This document shows positions 39,420 to 48,964 of a DNA stretch of 64,000 nt, in pieces; position 1 is the first letter of the stretch; each line of letters begins with the position of its first letter. Under the pieces are notes generated by a model. The model had not been told where the DNA came from and did no database searches. It was given only the letters and a program-made list of their open reading frames with translations. The stretch lies in IMG/VR virus record IMGVR_UViG_2902146782_000003. One strand, 5' to 3'. The DNA comes from a virus (Duplodnaviria > Heunggongvirae > Uroviricota > Caudoviricetes). Both the position numbers and the translations under genes were made by a program.

Positions 39420-41593
39420 ATGTAGTTAAAAAGGATTTAACAGTTGAACCTTTTGACGATCAGAAAATTGTTGATGCCGTAAATAAGTCAGCATCACGAG
39501 TAATGGTCGAGTTAACAAATGATGATTATAAAAGAATCATAGATCTTGTTTGGGACGAGCTTATTGCTGATGATATAGATGAAAATACCACATGTACAGT
39601 AGAAGAATTACATAATGCAGTAGAATCCGCATTGGATGAATTTAATCCAAAGATTGCAAAGTCTTATAAAGATTATCGTAATTATAAGAAAGAATTTGTT
39701 CATATGATGGATGACGTTTTCACCAAGAGTCAGGCAATCCGTTATATTGGTGATAAGAGTAATGCCAATACAGATAGTGCGCTTGTAGCTACAAAGCGAA
39801 GCCTGATCTTTAATGAATTGAACAAAAACTTGTATAGAAAATTCTTCATGACAAGAGATGAATTACAGGCATGTAAGGACGGATATATTTATATTCATGA
39901 TCAGTCTGCCAGACTTGATACTATTAACTGTTGCTTATTTAGAGTTGGAGAAGTTATGAAAGGCGGCTTCGAAATGGGAAATGTCTGGTATAACGAACCA
40001 AATTCTCTTGATACTGCGTTTGATGTTATGGGTGATATTATCCTGAGCACTGCTGCACAGCAGTATGGCGGATTCACAGTGCCGGAAGTAGACAAGATTT
40101 TGGAACCATATGCAGAAAAAAGTTATCAGAAATATTATAAAGAATTTTTTGAAGTTTTTGATTCCGATATTGATGGTGTTTATGTTGATGCTTTTTCAAC
40201 ATCAGAACATTTGATTGAAGAAAAAGCTTGTGAATATGCAACAAATAAAGTAAAACGTGATTTTGAACAGGGCTGGCAGGGAATTGAATATAAGTTAAAT
40301 ACTGTAGGATCATCAAGAGGTGATTATCCATTTGTAACAATGACGTTCGGTCTCTCAACCACAAAATTTGGTAAAATGGCTTCTATCACATTCTTAAATG
40401 TTCATAAAGAAGGCCAAGGTAAGGCCGGTAATAAAAAACCTGTGTTATTCCCCAAATTGGTATTTTTATATGATGAGAATTTACATGGACCAGGAAAGGT
40501 TAATGAAGATGTATTTAATGCAGGTATTGAATGTAGTATGAAAACAATGTATCCAGACTGGTTATCTCTAACAGGTGAAGGATATGTACCAAGTATGTAC
40601 AAAAAATATGGTACGGTTGTTAGTCCAATGGGGTGTCGTGCATTCTTAAGCCCTTGGTATGAAAAAGGTGGAATAGAACCGGAGGATGAGAACGATAAAG
40701 CAATTTTTGAAGGACGTTTCAATCTTGGTGTTGTAAGCCTTCATCTTCCAATGATTTTGGCAAAAGCGCAGCGTGAAAGTAGAGATTTCTATGAAGTATT
40801 GGATTATTATCTTGAGATGATACGTAGCATTCATAAGAGAACATATGACTATATTGGTGAAATGAAAGCTAGTACGAATCCATTGGCATACTGTGAAGGT
40901 GGTTTCCTTAATGGTTATTTAAAACCAGATGAAAAAATACGTTCAATTCTTAAACCTATGACTTTATCATTTGGAATTACTGCTTTGAATGAATTGCAGG
41001 AACTTTATAATAAGAAGTCATTAGTTGAGGATGGTAAGTTTGCTGTAGATGTAATGAAATACATTAATAAAAAGATTACTCAATTTAAACATGAGGATGG
41101 ATTATTATATGCGATTTATGGAACTCCAGCCGAGAGCCTTTGCGGGCTTCAGGTAGAACAATTCCGTAAAATGTATGGAATTGTGCCGGGAGTTTCAGAC
41201 AGAGAATATGTGAGCAACAGTTTCCACTGTGGAGTGTGGGAAGATATTACACCGATTCAGAAGCAGGATTTAGAAAATAGATTCTGGGATCTGTTTAATG
41301 GAGGCAAAATTCAATATGTTCGGTATCCAATCAATTATAATCGTGAGGCCGTAGTTACATTAGTTAGAAGAGCCATGTCTTTGGGATATTATGAGGGAGT
41401 AAATCTTTCACTTGCCTATTGTGATGACTGTGGGCATGAGGAACTTGAAATGGATGTGTGTCCGGTCTGCGGTTCCAAGAATCTGACAAAGATTGACCGT
41501 ATGAATGGATATTTGTCTTATAGTAGAGTCCATGGAGATACACGATTAAATAAAGCGAAGATGGTTGAAATCGCAGAGAGGAAATCAATGTAA
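39416..41593 (+). CDS. nrdD: anaerobic ribonucleoside-triphosphate reductase (class III)
   Basis: ATP-cone N-terminus; C-terminal Zn ribbon CDDCGHE ... CPVCGS; glycyl-radical motif RMNGYL; 725 aa. Confidence 0.85.
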   Translation: MNVVKKDLTVEPFDDQKIVDAVNKSASRVMVELTNDDYKRIIDLVWDELIADDIDENTTCTVEELHNAVESALDEFNPKIAKSYKDYRNYKKEFVHMMDDVFTKSQAIRYIGDKSNANTDSALVATKRSLIFNELNKNLYRKFFMTRDELQACKDGYIYIHDQSARLDTINCCLFRVGEVMKGGFEMGNVWYNEPNSLDTAFDVMGDIILSTAAQQYGGFTVPEVDKILEPYAEKSYQKYYKEFFEVFDSDIDGVYVDAFSTSEHLIEEKACEYATNKVKRDFEQGWQGIEYKLNTVGSSRGDYPFVTMTFGLSTTKFGKMASITFLNVHKEGQGKAGNKKPVLFPKLVFLYDENLHGPGKVNEDVFNAGIECSMKTMYPDWLSLTGEGYVPSMYKKYGTVVSPMGCRAFLSPWYEKGGIEPEDENDKAIFEGRFNLGVVSLHLPMILAKAQRESRDFYEVLDYYLEMIRSIHKRTYDYIGEMKASTNPLAYCEGGFLNGYLKPDEKIRSILKPMTLSFGITALNELQELYNKKSLVEDGKFAVDVMKYINKKITQFKHEDGLLYAIYGTPAESLCGLQVEQFRKMYGIVPGVSDREYVSNSFHCGVWEDITPIQKQDLENRFWDLFNGGKIQYVRYPINYNREAVVTLVRRAMSLGYYEGVNLSLAYCDDCGHEELEMDVCPVCGSKNLTKIDRMNGYLSYSRVHGDTRLNKAKMVEIAERKSM

Positions 41594-42120
41594 TGAATTA
41601 TCACGATATTAAACATGATGACATGAACAATGGGCCAGGATTAAGAGTCACACTTTTTGTTTCCGGTTGTGATCATTATTGCAATGGCTGTCAAAACCCG
41701 GAAACATGGGACACCAAATCTGGAATTCCATTTGATAATACAGCAATAGAAGAGATTTTTAAACAGCTTGATAATGATTATATTTCTGGAATTACTTTTT
41801 CTGGAGGAGATCCGTTAAATGAAAATAACAGAGTTGAAGTTTGTAGTTTGATAAGTAAAATTAAATCAAGATATGGTAATTCTAAATCTATTTGGATTTA
41901 TACTGGATACACTTGGAATGAAATTATAGAAGAAGCATTTCCTATTTTAACAGATATTTTGTTAAATACAAATGTAATTGTAGACGGTATGTTTCAGAAA
42001 GATTTGGCAGATGTAAATTATCATTGGGCTGGATCAACTAATCAAAGAGTAATTGATGTGCAGAGATCACTCGAAGAGAAAAAGATCGTTCTGTATAAAG
42101 ATGGCATTAATAATGATTGA
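41593..42120 (+). CDS. nrdG: anaerobic RNR activating protein (radical SAM)
   Basis: CDHYCNGC (Cx3Cx2C) cluster; translationally coupled to nrdD (ATGTAATG). Confidence 0.8.
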   Translation: MNYHDIKHDDMNNGPGLRVTLFVSGCDHYCNGCQNPETWDTKSGIPFDNTAIEEIFKQLDNDYISGITFSGGDPLNENNRVEVCSLISKIKSRYGNSKSIWIYTGYTWNEIIEEAFPILTDILLNTNVIVDGMFQKDLADVNYHWAGSTNQRVIDVQRSLEEKKIVLYKDGINND

Positions 42121-42187
42121 TAAGCTATTAAAGCTTGATATAAAAATTTAATTAAACAAAATACGGAGAAAAAGGAGAACTAAAAAC

Positions 42188-43168
42188 ATGGCAGAAATTA
42201 CAATGAAATCAACAAAGGCAGAAATTATGGAAGCGTATAAGGCAGCAGTGGAGAAACTTGATACAAGAGACCGAATGATTGATGATCCTGCAAAAGAAGC
42301 AGCGAAAGCTAAAAAGGTAGAAGTTATCGAATCTGCAGATAAAACAGCTAAAGAAGATATTTTTAATCCAGAGATTATTAAGAAATACAATGATCTTACA
42401 GAAGCTATTGAAATTAAACAGCTTGAGTTAGATGAATTATATGGTATTGAGACAAAAGCAAATGCTATGGCAGCTATGATCAATGCTTATAAAGAGAAAA
42501 ATGAAGAGTTAAAAGAGGCTCAGGCAGCGAAAGAAGCAGAGATTGAAGCTGAATTGGGTGAGAAAAAAGATACACTGAAAGCTGAAATTGAGGCACTGAA
42601 GCAGCAGAAACAGGAAATTATTGATTCTATCAATGCAGAAGCTAAAGCAAGAGAAAATGAAATTAAATTAACTCGTAGCCGTGAGGAAGATGAATATACT
42701 TATAATCTGAAACGCAGTCGTAAAGCCGAAAATGATAAATGGGAAGATGAGAAAGCTGCTAGAGAAAAGATTTTGGAACTTAGAGAAACAGCGGCTCTTG
42801 AGAAAGAAACAGAACTGAATGCAAAAGCTGATCATGTAAAGGAATTAGAAGCAAAAGTAGAAGAGATTCCGACATTGATTGCGGCAGCAACAGAGGAAGG
42901 TATTAAAAAAGGTAAAGCCGATGCTGATAAATCAAATGCGTTTGAGGTCAGAGCACTTAAGAAAGATGCTGAATATCAGAAACAGCTTCTGGAAGATAAA
43001 AATGAAAGACTTGCAGAGGATCTGGCTAATGCGAGAGCAGAAAAAGTTGAATTACAGCAGAAACTTGACGATGCATATGCTCAGATGAGAGAACTTGCTG
43101 CTAAGACTGTAGAATCTACCGGTGGAGTTAAAATTCTGAACGGTCAGACTCAGCAGAATAATAAATGA
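42188..43168 (+). CDS. coiled-coil protein
   Basis: long E/K/A-rich heptad ORF. Confidence 0.5.
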   Translation: MAEITMKSTKAEIMEAYKAAVEKLDTRDRMIDDPAKEAAKAKKVEVIESADKTAKEDIFNPEIIKKYNDLTEAIEIKQLELDELYGIETKANAMAAMINAYKEKNEELKEAQAAKEAEIEAELGEKKDTLKAEIEALKQQKQEIIDSINAEAKARENEIKLTRSREEDEYTYNLKRSRKAENDKWEDEKAAREKILELRETAALEKETELNAKADHVKELEAKVEEIPTLIAAATEEGIKKGKADADKSNAFEVRALKKDAEYQKQLLEDKNERLAEDLANARAEKVELQQKLDDAYAQMRELAAKTVESTGGVKILNGQTQQNNK

Positions 43169-43223
43169 TAATTTAATTATACGGTATGCGTAAGAAAACG
43201 CATACCGTAGTAAGGAGAATTAT

Positions 43224-43391
43224 ATGAATCCGGTATTTATATTTTTAGTATTAGTTGGAGCTGTAGTTTTATGGTTTCTATTATCTGCACTGTTTTATCC
43301 ATTTGGGAGATTCTTACATAGAATCTGGAAAGATGCAGCAGATGAAATAAATAGAGAAGAAAATAAAGAAAAAGATAAGGAGAATGAGTAA
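43224..43391 (+). CDS. small transmembrane peptide (56 aa)
   Basis: ORF absent from the track; AAGGAG RBS; its stop overlaps the SPFH start (TAATG). Confidence 0.35.
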   Translation: MNPVFIFLVLVGAVVLWFLLSALFYPFGRFLHRIWKDAADEINREENKEKDKENE

Positions 43392-44353
43392 TGAGAAAAG
43401 GATTTTTAGGTGGGGTTGGATTAGCAGTAATAATTGTAGCAGGATTAATTTGTGTAGCAAAGTGTACGGTAAGAGTTCCTGCTGGTTATGTAGCTGTAGA
43501 ATACAAGATGAACGGCGGAATTTCAAATGATACTCTTCCACAGGGATGGCATTTGATTTCACCTACAGTAAAAACATCACTGTATTCAATTGGTATTGAA
43601 CAGTCTTATCTGACTTCAGAAGATAAAGGTGATTCACCAAAAGATGAGAGTTTTAAAACACCTACTGCTGATGGAAAACAGCTTCTTGTTGATTTGGAAT
43701 TCTCTTATAAGTTCGATCAGGATCAAGTTGCTGATGTATTTACAAGATTTAAAGGTCAGTCCGGTGAAAGTGTAAAAAATACTTTCATTAAACCAAAGAT
43801 GAAAGCGTGGACACAGGAAGTAACTGCTAAGTATCCGGTAACAGATGTATTTGGTGATAAACGCCAGGAACTGAATGAAGCACTTGACAAATACTTGAAA
43901 AAGAAATTTGAGCCATATGGAATTATCATTGATACTGTAAACTTTACTTCGATTTCAACCGATGATGAAACTCAGGCAGCTATTCAGAAGAAAGTAAATG
44001 CACAGCAGGAACTGGAACTTGCAAATATTGAAGCTAAGACTGCAAAGGTACAGGCAGATAAAGATAAAGAAGTTGCTCTTATTGCAGCAGAACAGGATAA
44101 AGAAAAGGCCGCTATTGAGGCTGAACAGGCGAAGATCACTGCTGAAGGTAAAGCGGAAGCAACAAGAATTAAAGCGGATGCTGAAGCAGAAGCAAATAAG
44201 AAAATTGCTGAGTCTCTTACTCCAGAGCTTATTGAGAAACAGAAAATTGATAAATGGAATGGTGATGTGCCGAAGGTGCAAGGTGGAAATGCAGCAACAA
44301 TTGTTGACGCAGGAGACTTAACATCAGGAACGGCAACTGTAAAAGGAGAATAA
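43391..44353 (+). CDS. SPFH/band-7 (stomatin/prohibitin/HflC-like) membrane protein
   Basis: N-terminal TM helix, SPFH core (YSIGIEQSY ... LVDLEFSYKFD), Ala/Glu-rich coiled C-terminus. Confidence 0.75.
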   Translation: MRKGFLGGVGLAVIIVAGLICVAKCTVRVPAGYVAVEYKMNGGISNDTLPQGWHLISPTVKTSLYSIGIEQSYLTSEDKGDSPKDESFKTPTADGKQLLVDLEFSYKFDQDQVADVFTRFKGQSGESVKNTFIKPKMKAWTQEVTAKYPVTDVFGDKRQELNEALDKYLKKKFEPYGIIIDTVNFTSISTDDETQAAIQKKVNAQQELELANIEAKTAKVQADKDKEVALIAAEQDKEKAAIEAEQAKITAEGKAEATRIKADAEAEANKKIAESLTPELIEKQKIDKWNGDVPKVQGGNAATIVDAGDLTSGTATVKGE

Positions 44354-44354
44354 T

Positions 44355-44528
44355 ATGACGGGAATTTTACTTATTATTGTGTCATTATTGGCATTAGCTT
44401 TAAGTTGGATCGTAACATGTGTAATTATAAAATTGATCACATTATGTTTCGGGGTCGCTTTCAGCTGGTTGATTGCTACAGGAATTTGGCTTGTATTCTT
44501 ATTACTTAGATCAGTATTTGGGAAATAA
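44355..44528 (+). CDS. small transmembrane peptide (57 aa)
   Basis: ORF absent from the track; two hydrophobic helices. Confidence 0.35.
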   Translation: MTGILLIIVSLLALALSWIVTCVIIKLITLCFGVAFSWLIATGIWLVFLLLRSVFGK

Positions 44529-44531
44529 ACT

Positions 44532-45152
44532 ATGATTAGATGGAAAATAGAAAAATTTATTGTTGGCGATTATGTAAAATTAACCAACCTCCCTCAAGGT
44601 TACGAACGCCTTGAGGGAACTGTGGGAATCATCACGGACATTAATCGCGAATTATATACAGTATATAATTCTGATTCTATGATTTTTGAAGTAGAAAAAC
44701 AATATTTGACGCATTTATATAAATCAGAAGAGGAGAATGAACAAATGGCAAAATTAACAGGGTATTATGCAGTAGCAGTAATTGAAGAAGTAACTTGTTG
44801 TTGTAAAAAAGACTATTATTATGCAGTTTTTGATGACGGTAATACATATAAGGCCGGGGACCAGGTTTTAGTAAGTGGTTGTAATAAGGATGTTCTGACT
44901 ATTAAAGAAATTTTAACAGTACCGGAAGCAGAAGTAAAATATAATAAAAATATTACTGCTGAAATTATCTGTAGAGTTGATACATCTGCATATGATCAGC
45001 GTGTTGAAAATAGAAAGAAAGCTGAGAAGCTTAAAAAGGATATGGATGCAGTGATTAAACAGATGGATGTAACAAAGAAATATGAAATGTATGCGGCTGA
45101 GAATCCGGAACTGGCGGCCTTGCTTGATCAGTATAAGGAGTTAACGAAATAA
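44532..45152 (+). CDS. hypothetical protein
   Basis: ORF only. Confidence 0.45.
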   Translation: MIRWKIEKFIVGDYVKLTNLPQGYERLEGTVGIITDINRELYTVYNSDSMIFEVEKQYLTHLYKSEEENEQMAKLTGYYAVAVIEEVTCCCKKDYYYAVFDDGNTYKAGDQVLVSGCNKDVLTIKEILTVPEAEVKYNKNITAEIICRVDTSAYDQRVENRKKAEKLKKDMDAVIKQMDVTKKYEMYAAENPELAALLDQYKELTK

Positions 45153-45306
45153 TGATTAAAACGATATTAAAAAATATTGTGTGTTTCATTATCAGTGGGA
45201 TATGTATGAGCATTGTTCTGAATAATGTTGTTCCGGGTGGTTATTGGCCTTCTGCAATATCATTATTTATTTTAAGTGTTAACTACTTCATTTGGGGATC
45301 ACGGAC

Positions 45307-46044
45307 ATGATTTGGGTAACCGGAGATACGCATGGGGATTGGATCCATAGAGTTAATATGTATTCTTTCCCCGAACAGCGTGAGATGTCGAAGGACGATT
45401 ATGTGATAATTCTTGGAGATTTTGGAATATGGAGAGATTCACCGCAGCAAAGGTGGTATCTGAATTGGCTTGAAGAGAAGCATTTCACAACACTCTTTAT
45501 TGACGGAAATCATGAGAATTATGACATATTAGATTCTTATCCGGTGGAAGAATGGCATGGTGGTAAAGTGCATTTTATTAAGCCATCTATAATTCATCTT
45601 ATGAGAGGACAGGTATTTGATATAGACGGATTAAAATTCTTTACCTTTGGAGGGGCTGCCAGTCATGATATTTCAGATGGAGTATTAGAGATTGACGATC
45701 CAAGAGTAAAGGAATGGAGAGATGATCCAGATAAAATGTACCGAATCAATCATATTTCATGGTGGGAACGAGAAATGCCAAATCAAGAAGAGATGGATGA
45801 GGGTATAAAGAATCTGGCAGAACATAATAATAAGGTAGATTTTATCTTAACACATTGTACAGCTTCTTCTACAGCAGCATTATTATCACATGGATTATAT
45901 AAGCCGGATAAGTTAACAAATTATCTGGAAGAAATAAGGCGCAATGTTGATTATAAGCGTTGGTTGTGTGGGCATTACCACGACAATAAAGCAATAACAA
46001 TAAAAGATATAGTTATATATGAACAGATTGTGAGGATCGCATAA
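45307..46044 (+). CDS. calcineurin-like metallophosphoesterase (PPP-type phosphatase)
   Basis: GDTHGD, GDFG and GNHE motifs. Confidence 0.7.
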   Translation: MIWVTGDTHGDWIHRVNMYSFPEQREMSKDDYVIILGDFGIWRDSPQQRWYLNWLEEKHFTTLFIDGNHENYDILDSYPVEEWHGGKVHFIKPSIIHLMRGQVFDIDGLKFFTFGGAASHDISDGVLEIDDPRVKEWRDDPDKMYRINHISWWEREMPNQEEMDEGIKNLAEHNNKVDFILTHCTASSTAALLSHGLYKPDKLTNYLEEIRRNVDYKRWLCGHYHDNKAITIKDIVIYEQIVRIA

Positions 46045-46502
46045 TGGTAGATATATCAGAACTTACAGAAAGTGTTAAGGGTTACATTGAAGGATTGCAA
46101 GCTGTATTACAAAGAAAATATCAAATTTCAGAAGAGAAGGCTTTAAATATGATTACTTCTTCTTATATTATGGATTCTCTTATAGATTACCCAGAAGAGA
46201 CGTTACATGATGATATTGAAGCACATGCAGATAATATATATGAAGACCAAGTATCAAAAACAGAACGGTTATTGTTAGAGGCCGGATACGAGGGAACGAT
46301 ATTTTTTACAAATCCATCTTATGAAGATGCGTTTCTTGGTATTTCTTCTGATGATAGAGCAATATATGATTACGAAAAAATGGTTGAATCTTTAGTTAAC
46401 CATGAGGATATGACAGAAGATGAGGCTAGAGAATTTATAGATTACAATGCGACGTTCTATATTGAAGGTGGACCAATTATTTTGTATAGACTGGAGGAAT
46501 AG
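46044..46502 (+). CDS. hypothetical acidic protein
   Basis: ORF only. Confidence 0.4.
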   Translation: MVDISELTESVKGYIEGLQAVLQRKYQISEEKALNMITSSYIMDSLIDYPEETLHDDIEAHADNIYEDQVSKTERLLLEAGYEGTIFFTNPSYEDAFLGISSDDRAIYDYEKMVESLVNHEDMTEDEAREFIDYNATFYIEGGPIILYRLEE

Positions 46503-46504
46503 TA

Positions 46505-46861
46505 ATGCCGGAACGTAACAGAGGGTATTTGAGAAAGCAAAGACTACGAAATATTGAACGTAGAAAAAAATTAATAAGTCAACGAGAACTTATGTATCAT
46601 GGATATAAAACTTTGAACGATCCTGATTTTAAAGAGGGGATGTTACATAAAGGACACAGTGGACGACTTGGCATGGGTGGAACTGCAGTAAAAACTAATA
46701 CTCGTAAAGGACATGCTTCATATCGACATAAAGGTGCTTATGGTCAAGCAGATAATTATTCAAGACATGATAAGCAGCAAGTTGAAGATGGAGCACAGCA
46801 AATTAAAGAATGGGAGAACGAAGATGGAAGAAGAGAAAAAGAAGGTTCTGATTGTAGTTGA
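46505..46861 (+). CDS. hypothetical basic protein (doubtful; 3' end overlaps the nicotinamidase gene)
   Basis: ORF only. Confidence 0.3.
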   Translation: MPERNRGYLRKQRLRNIERRKKLISQRELMYHGYKTLNDPDFKEGMLHKGHSGRLGMGGTAVKTNTRKGHASYRHKGAYGQADNYSRHDKQQVEDGAQQIKEWENEDGRREKEGSDCS

Positions 46862-47378
46862 TGTACAGAATGATTTTGTAACCGGTTCACTTGGTACGCC
46901 GGAAGCCCAAGCTATTATTCCGAATGTAAAAGAGAAATTTGATGAATATAAGAATAATGGGGATTATGTAATTCTTACAAAGGATACTCATCATTCAGAT
47001 TACGCAGATACTTCAGAGGGCAGAAAACTTCCTGAACATTGTATGTATGGTACTAAAGGTTGGGAAATTGTTGATGAACTTGATTATAAAAATCTCGATA
47101 GTTTTATGGTATGTTGTAAATCTACTTTTGGATTTGATGACTGGGATTGGGAAGAAACATTTGGTATCGCATATGATTCTTCTTTATTAGATATTGAAAT
47201 TATTGGCATATGCACAGATATCTGTGTTATTACAAACGCTCTTTTGATTAAAACTTATTATCCAGAGGCAAAAATCACAGTTGATGCATCATGCTGCGCA
47301 GGATCGACACCGGAAAAGCATAAAGCGGCTCTTGATGTAATGGAAAGCTGCCAGATTAATGTAATCAATAGAAATTAA
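46824..47378 (+). CDS. pncA: nicotinamidase/isochorismatase-family hydrolase
   Basis: VLIVVDVQNDF N-terminal motif; catalytic Cys region GICTDICV; ATG at 46824. Confidence 0.75.
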   Translation: MEEEKKKVLIVVDVQNDFVTGSLGTPEAQAIIPNVKEKFDEYKNNGDYVILTKDTHHSDYADTSEGRKLPEHCMYGTKGWEIVDELDYKNLDSFMVCCKSTFGFDDWDWEETFGIAYDSSLLDIEIIGICTDICVITNALLIKTYYPEAKITVDASCCAGSTPEKHKAALDVMESCQINVINRN

Positions 47379-47401
47379 ATTAAACAATGGAGGGAATTAA
47401 A

Positions 47402-48019
47402 ATGATGAATAATTTTATGAATGGAATGTTTGGGAAAATTGGTAGTGGAATGTGTAAGTTATCCATGAGCGGTAATATTGCAGTAAAAACTTCTAATGGA
47501 TATAAGAGTTACAATGTTAAATCCGGCAAGCTCACAAACTGTGGCAATTTCGTGTTTCCTGGAGTAGATGAAAACTTTTTCTTCGTCATTCCAACAAATA
47601 AGGTGGCTAAAGGAGACATCATCCTTGTAAATGGCAAACCTAAGTGCGTCATCGAAGCAGATAAAACAAAGATCACTGTAATTAATTATGAGGACTCTAC
47701 AGTTGAAACAATCCTGCCGGAACGTCATGTATTTATGGGCAATACTTATTTCTATGGGAAAATTGTATCTATGTTCGGAAGTAATCTTGGAAAAGATAAG
47801 AATAGTGCAAACAAAATCTTTAAATATATGATGATGTCCCAGATGATGAATGGAGCGGCCGGTACCGGAACTGGAACAGACAGTAATCCAATGAGTGCTA
47901 TGATGCCATTTATGATGATGAATGGTAGTATTGGTGATGTATTTGACGGTATGTTTGATTTTAGCATGGATGATACAGACACAGAAGATAGTGAAGATGA
48001 TTTAGAGGAGGATGAATAA
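47402..48019 (+). CDS. Met/Gly-rich protein with acidic tail
   Basis: MMSQMMNG ... MSAMMPFMMMNG low-complexity segment; C-terminal DDTDTEDSEDDLEEDE. Confidence 0.45.
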   Translation: MMNNFMNGMFGKIGSGMCKLSMSGNIAVKTSNGYKSYNVKSGKLTNCGNFVFPGVDENFFFVIPTNKVAKGDIILVNGKPKCVIEADKTKITVINYEDSTVETILPERHVFMGNTYFYGKIVSMFGSNLGKDKNSANKIFKYMMMSQMMNGAAGTGTGTDSNPMSAMMPFMMMNGSIGDVFDGMFDFSMDDTDTEDSEDDLEEDE

Positions 48020-48021
48020 TT

Positions 48022-48909
48022 ATGGGAAGCGGAAGTTGGACAACGGCAAGTTTTGTAAATTATGCAACAACAAGAGGATATGACACTGATTCACGAGGAG
48101 TAGTCACAACAAACTATTCTAATCAGGAAATGTTTAAATCAAAAGAACTTGATTCATCACTCAATCCTAAAAATGTTGTAAGAGAATGTTGTGATAGTAA
48201 AGAACATCCAAATACAGTTCCAGTTATTTTAGCTTTAGATGTTACCGGATCTATGGGGCAGGCAGCTGTTGAAATATCTAAAAAACTTAATAATATTATG
48301 ACGAAATTATATGAACAAGTTGAAGATATTGAATTTATGGTAATGGGTATTGGCGATTTGTCATATGATAGGTTTCCAATACAGGCATCTCAGTTTGAAT
48401 CCGATATTCGAATTGCAGAACAGCTTGAGAAAGTTTATTTTGAGTTTGGTGGTGGTGGTAATTCTTATGAATCTTACACTGCTGCATGGTATTTTGGTGC
48501 CAGACATACAAAGCTTGATTGTTGGAATAGAGGTAAAAAAGGAATAATTATCACAATTGGTGATGAGAGACTTAATCCTTATCTTCCAAGGACAGCATAT
48601 TATTGTGGCTTATCAAATGCTACAGGAGATTCACTTCAGGCTGATGTAGAAACAAAAGACTTGTATACAGAAACTGCTGAGAAATTTGATATCTATCATA
48701 TTAATGTAAATCATCGTGGTGGGTATGACCAAGAGCAAATTAAAAAATCATTTTTAGAATATCTTGATGAAGATCATTTCAGAACAATTGATCGTGTCGA
48801 TGATATTGCAGATGAAATCGTAAAAATTGTTGTTGCAGCTTCGGATAACGATATAAAAAATAATACAACTGAAAACAATAAGTCTAATACCACAGTAATT
48901 ACTTGGTAG
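48022..48909 (+). CDS. vWA-domain protein
   Basis: MIDAS-like DVTGSM motif near the N-terminus. Confidence 0.6.
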   Translation: MGSGSWTTASFVNYATTRGYDTDSRGVVTTNYSNQEMFKSKELDSSLNPKNVVRECCDSKEHPNTVPVILALDVTGSMGQAAVEISKKLNNIMTKLYEQVEDIEFMVMGIGDLSYDRFPIQASQFESDIRIAEQLEKVYFEFGGGGNSYESYTAAWYFGARHTKLDCWNRGKKGIIITIGDERLNPYLPRTAYYCGLSNATGDSLQADVETKDLYTETAEKFDIYHINVNHRGGYDQEQIKKSFLEYLDEDHFRTIDRVDDIADEIVKIVVAASDNDIKNNTTENNKSNTTVITW

Positions 48910-48964
48910 AGTAGGAGGAAAAATAGGTAAATTAATAGATATAACGGGCAATAAGTACGGTCAT

